From Octopus vulgaris (taxonomy: Eukaryota): a DNA stretch of 64,000 nucleotides. The stretch's first letter is position 1, and the number at the start of each line of letters is the position of its first letter. The notes under the pieces were generated by a model. The model did not search any database. It saw only the letters and a list, made by a program, of their open reading frames with translations, and had not been told where the DNA came from. The DNA is taken from positions 78,740,001-78,804,000 of the forward strand of contig OX597814.1 in assembly GCA_951406725.2 (NCBI GenBank), given 5' to 3'. Position numbers and translations under genes: made by a program. Shown in pieces: positions 63,921 to 64,000 of the stretch.

Positions 63921-64000
63921 GTAAAAAATATATATGTATATATAAATATACACACACACATTGGCACTCCATTGGCTATGTGCTTGATTGGTACTTAATT

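Noticed and set aside
1-64000. The many 60-150 aa ORFs in the supplied track as host genes
   Set aside because: They are translations of (TA)n/(CA)n/(GA)n tracts, SINEs or broken TE ORFs; I recognised no host protein motif or credible exon chain. Short exons cannot be excluded by eye.

Overview
AT-rich, repeat-saturated eukaryotic DNA with no recognisable host protein-coding exon. The SINE repertoire and microsatellite load resemble an octopus (coleoid cephalopod) genome; this is inferred from pattern recognition, not a database match. The window is probably a large intron or gene desert. It contains about 30 copies of a tRNA-derived CORE-type SINE (family A), about 20 copies of a Meta-domain-like SINE (family B) that stacks in (AAT)n tracts, and other SINEs. 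It also has RTE/RTE-X LINE remnants, an ~8 kb fossil R4/Dong-type element broken up by younger insertions, Penelope-like (PLE) remnants including decayed hammerhead ribozymes, three mariner fossils, TTAA MITEs, two non-autonomous Helitrons and several foldback hairpins. Almost all ORFs in the supplied track are microsatellite or TE artefacts. The two strongest leads are RNA-level. First, a very young 781-bp partial-tandem element at 47494-48533 whose 259-bp terminal repeats carry a strand-specific ~147-nt multibranch fold with no canonical hammerhead. Second, a tRNA-like cloverleaf with self-complementary flanks embedded in a tandem/inverted repeat unit at ~7337-8155. All folds were deduced by eye, and coordinates of old repeats are approximate.
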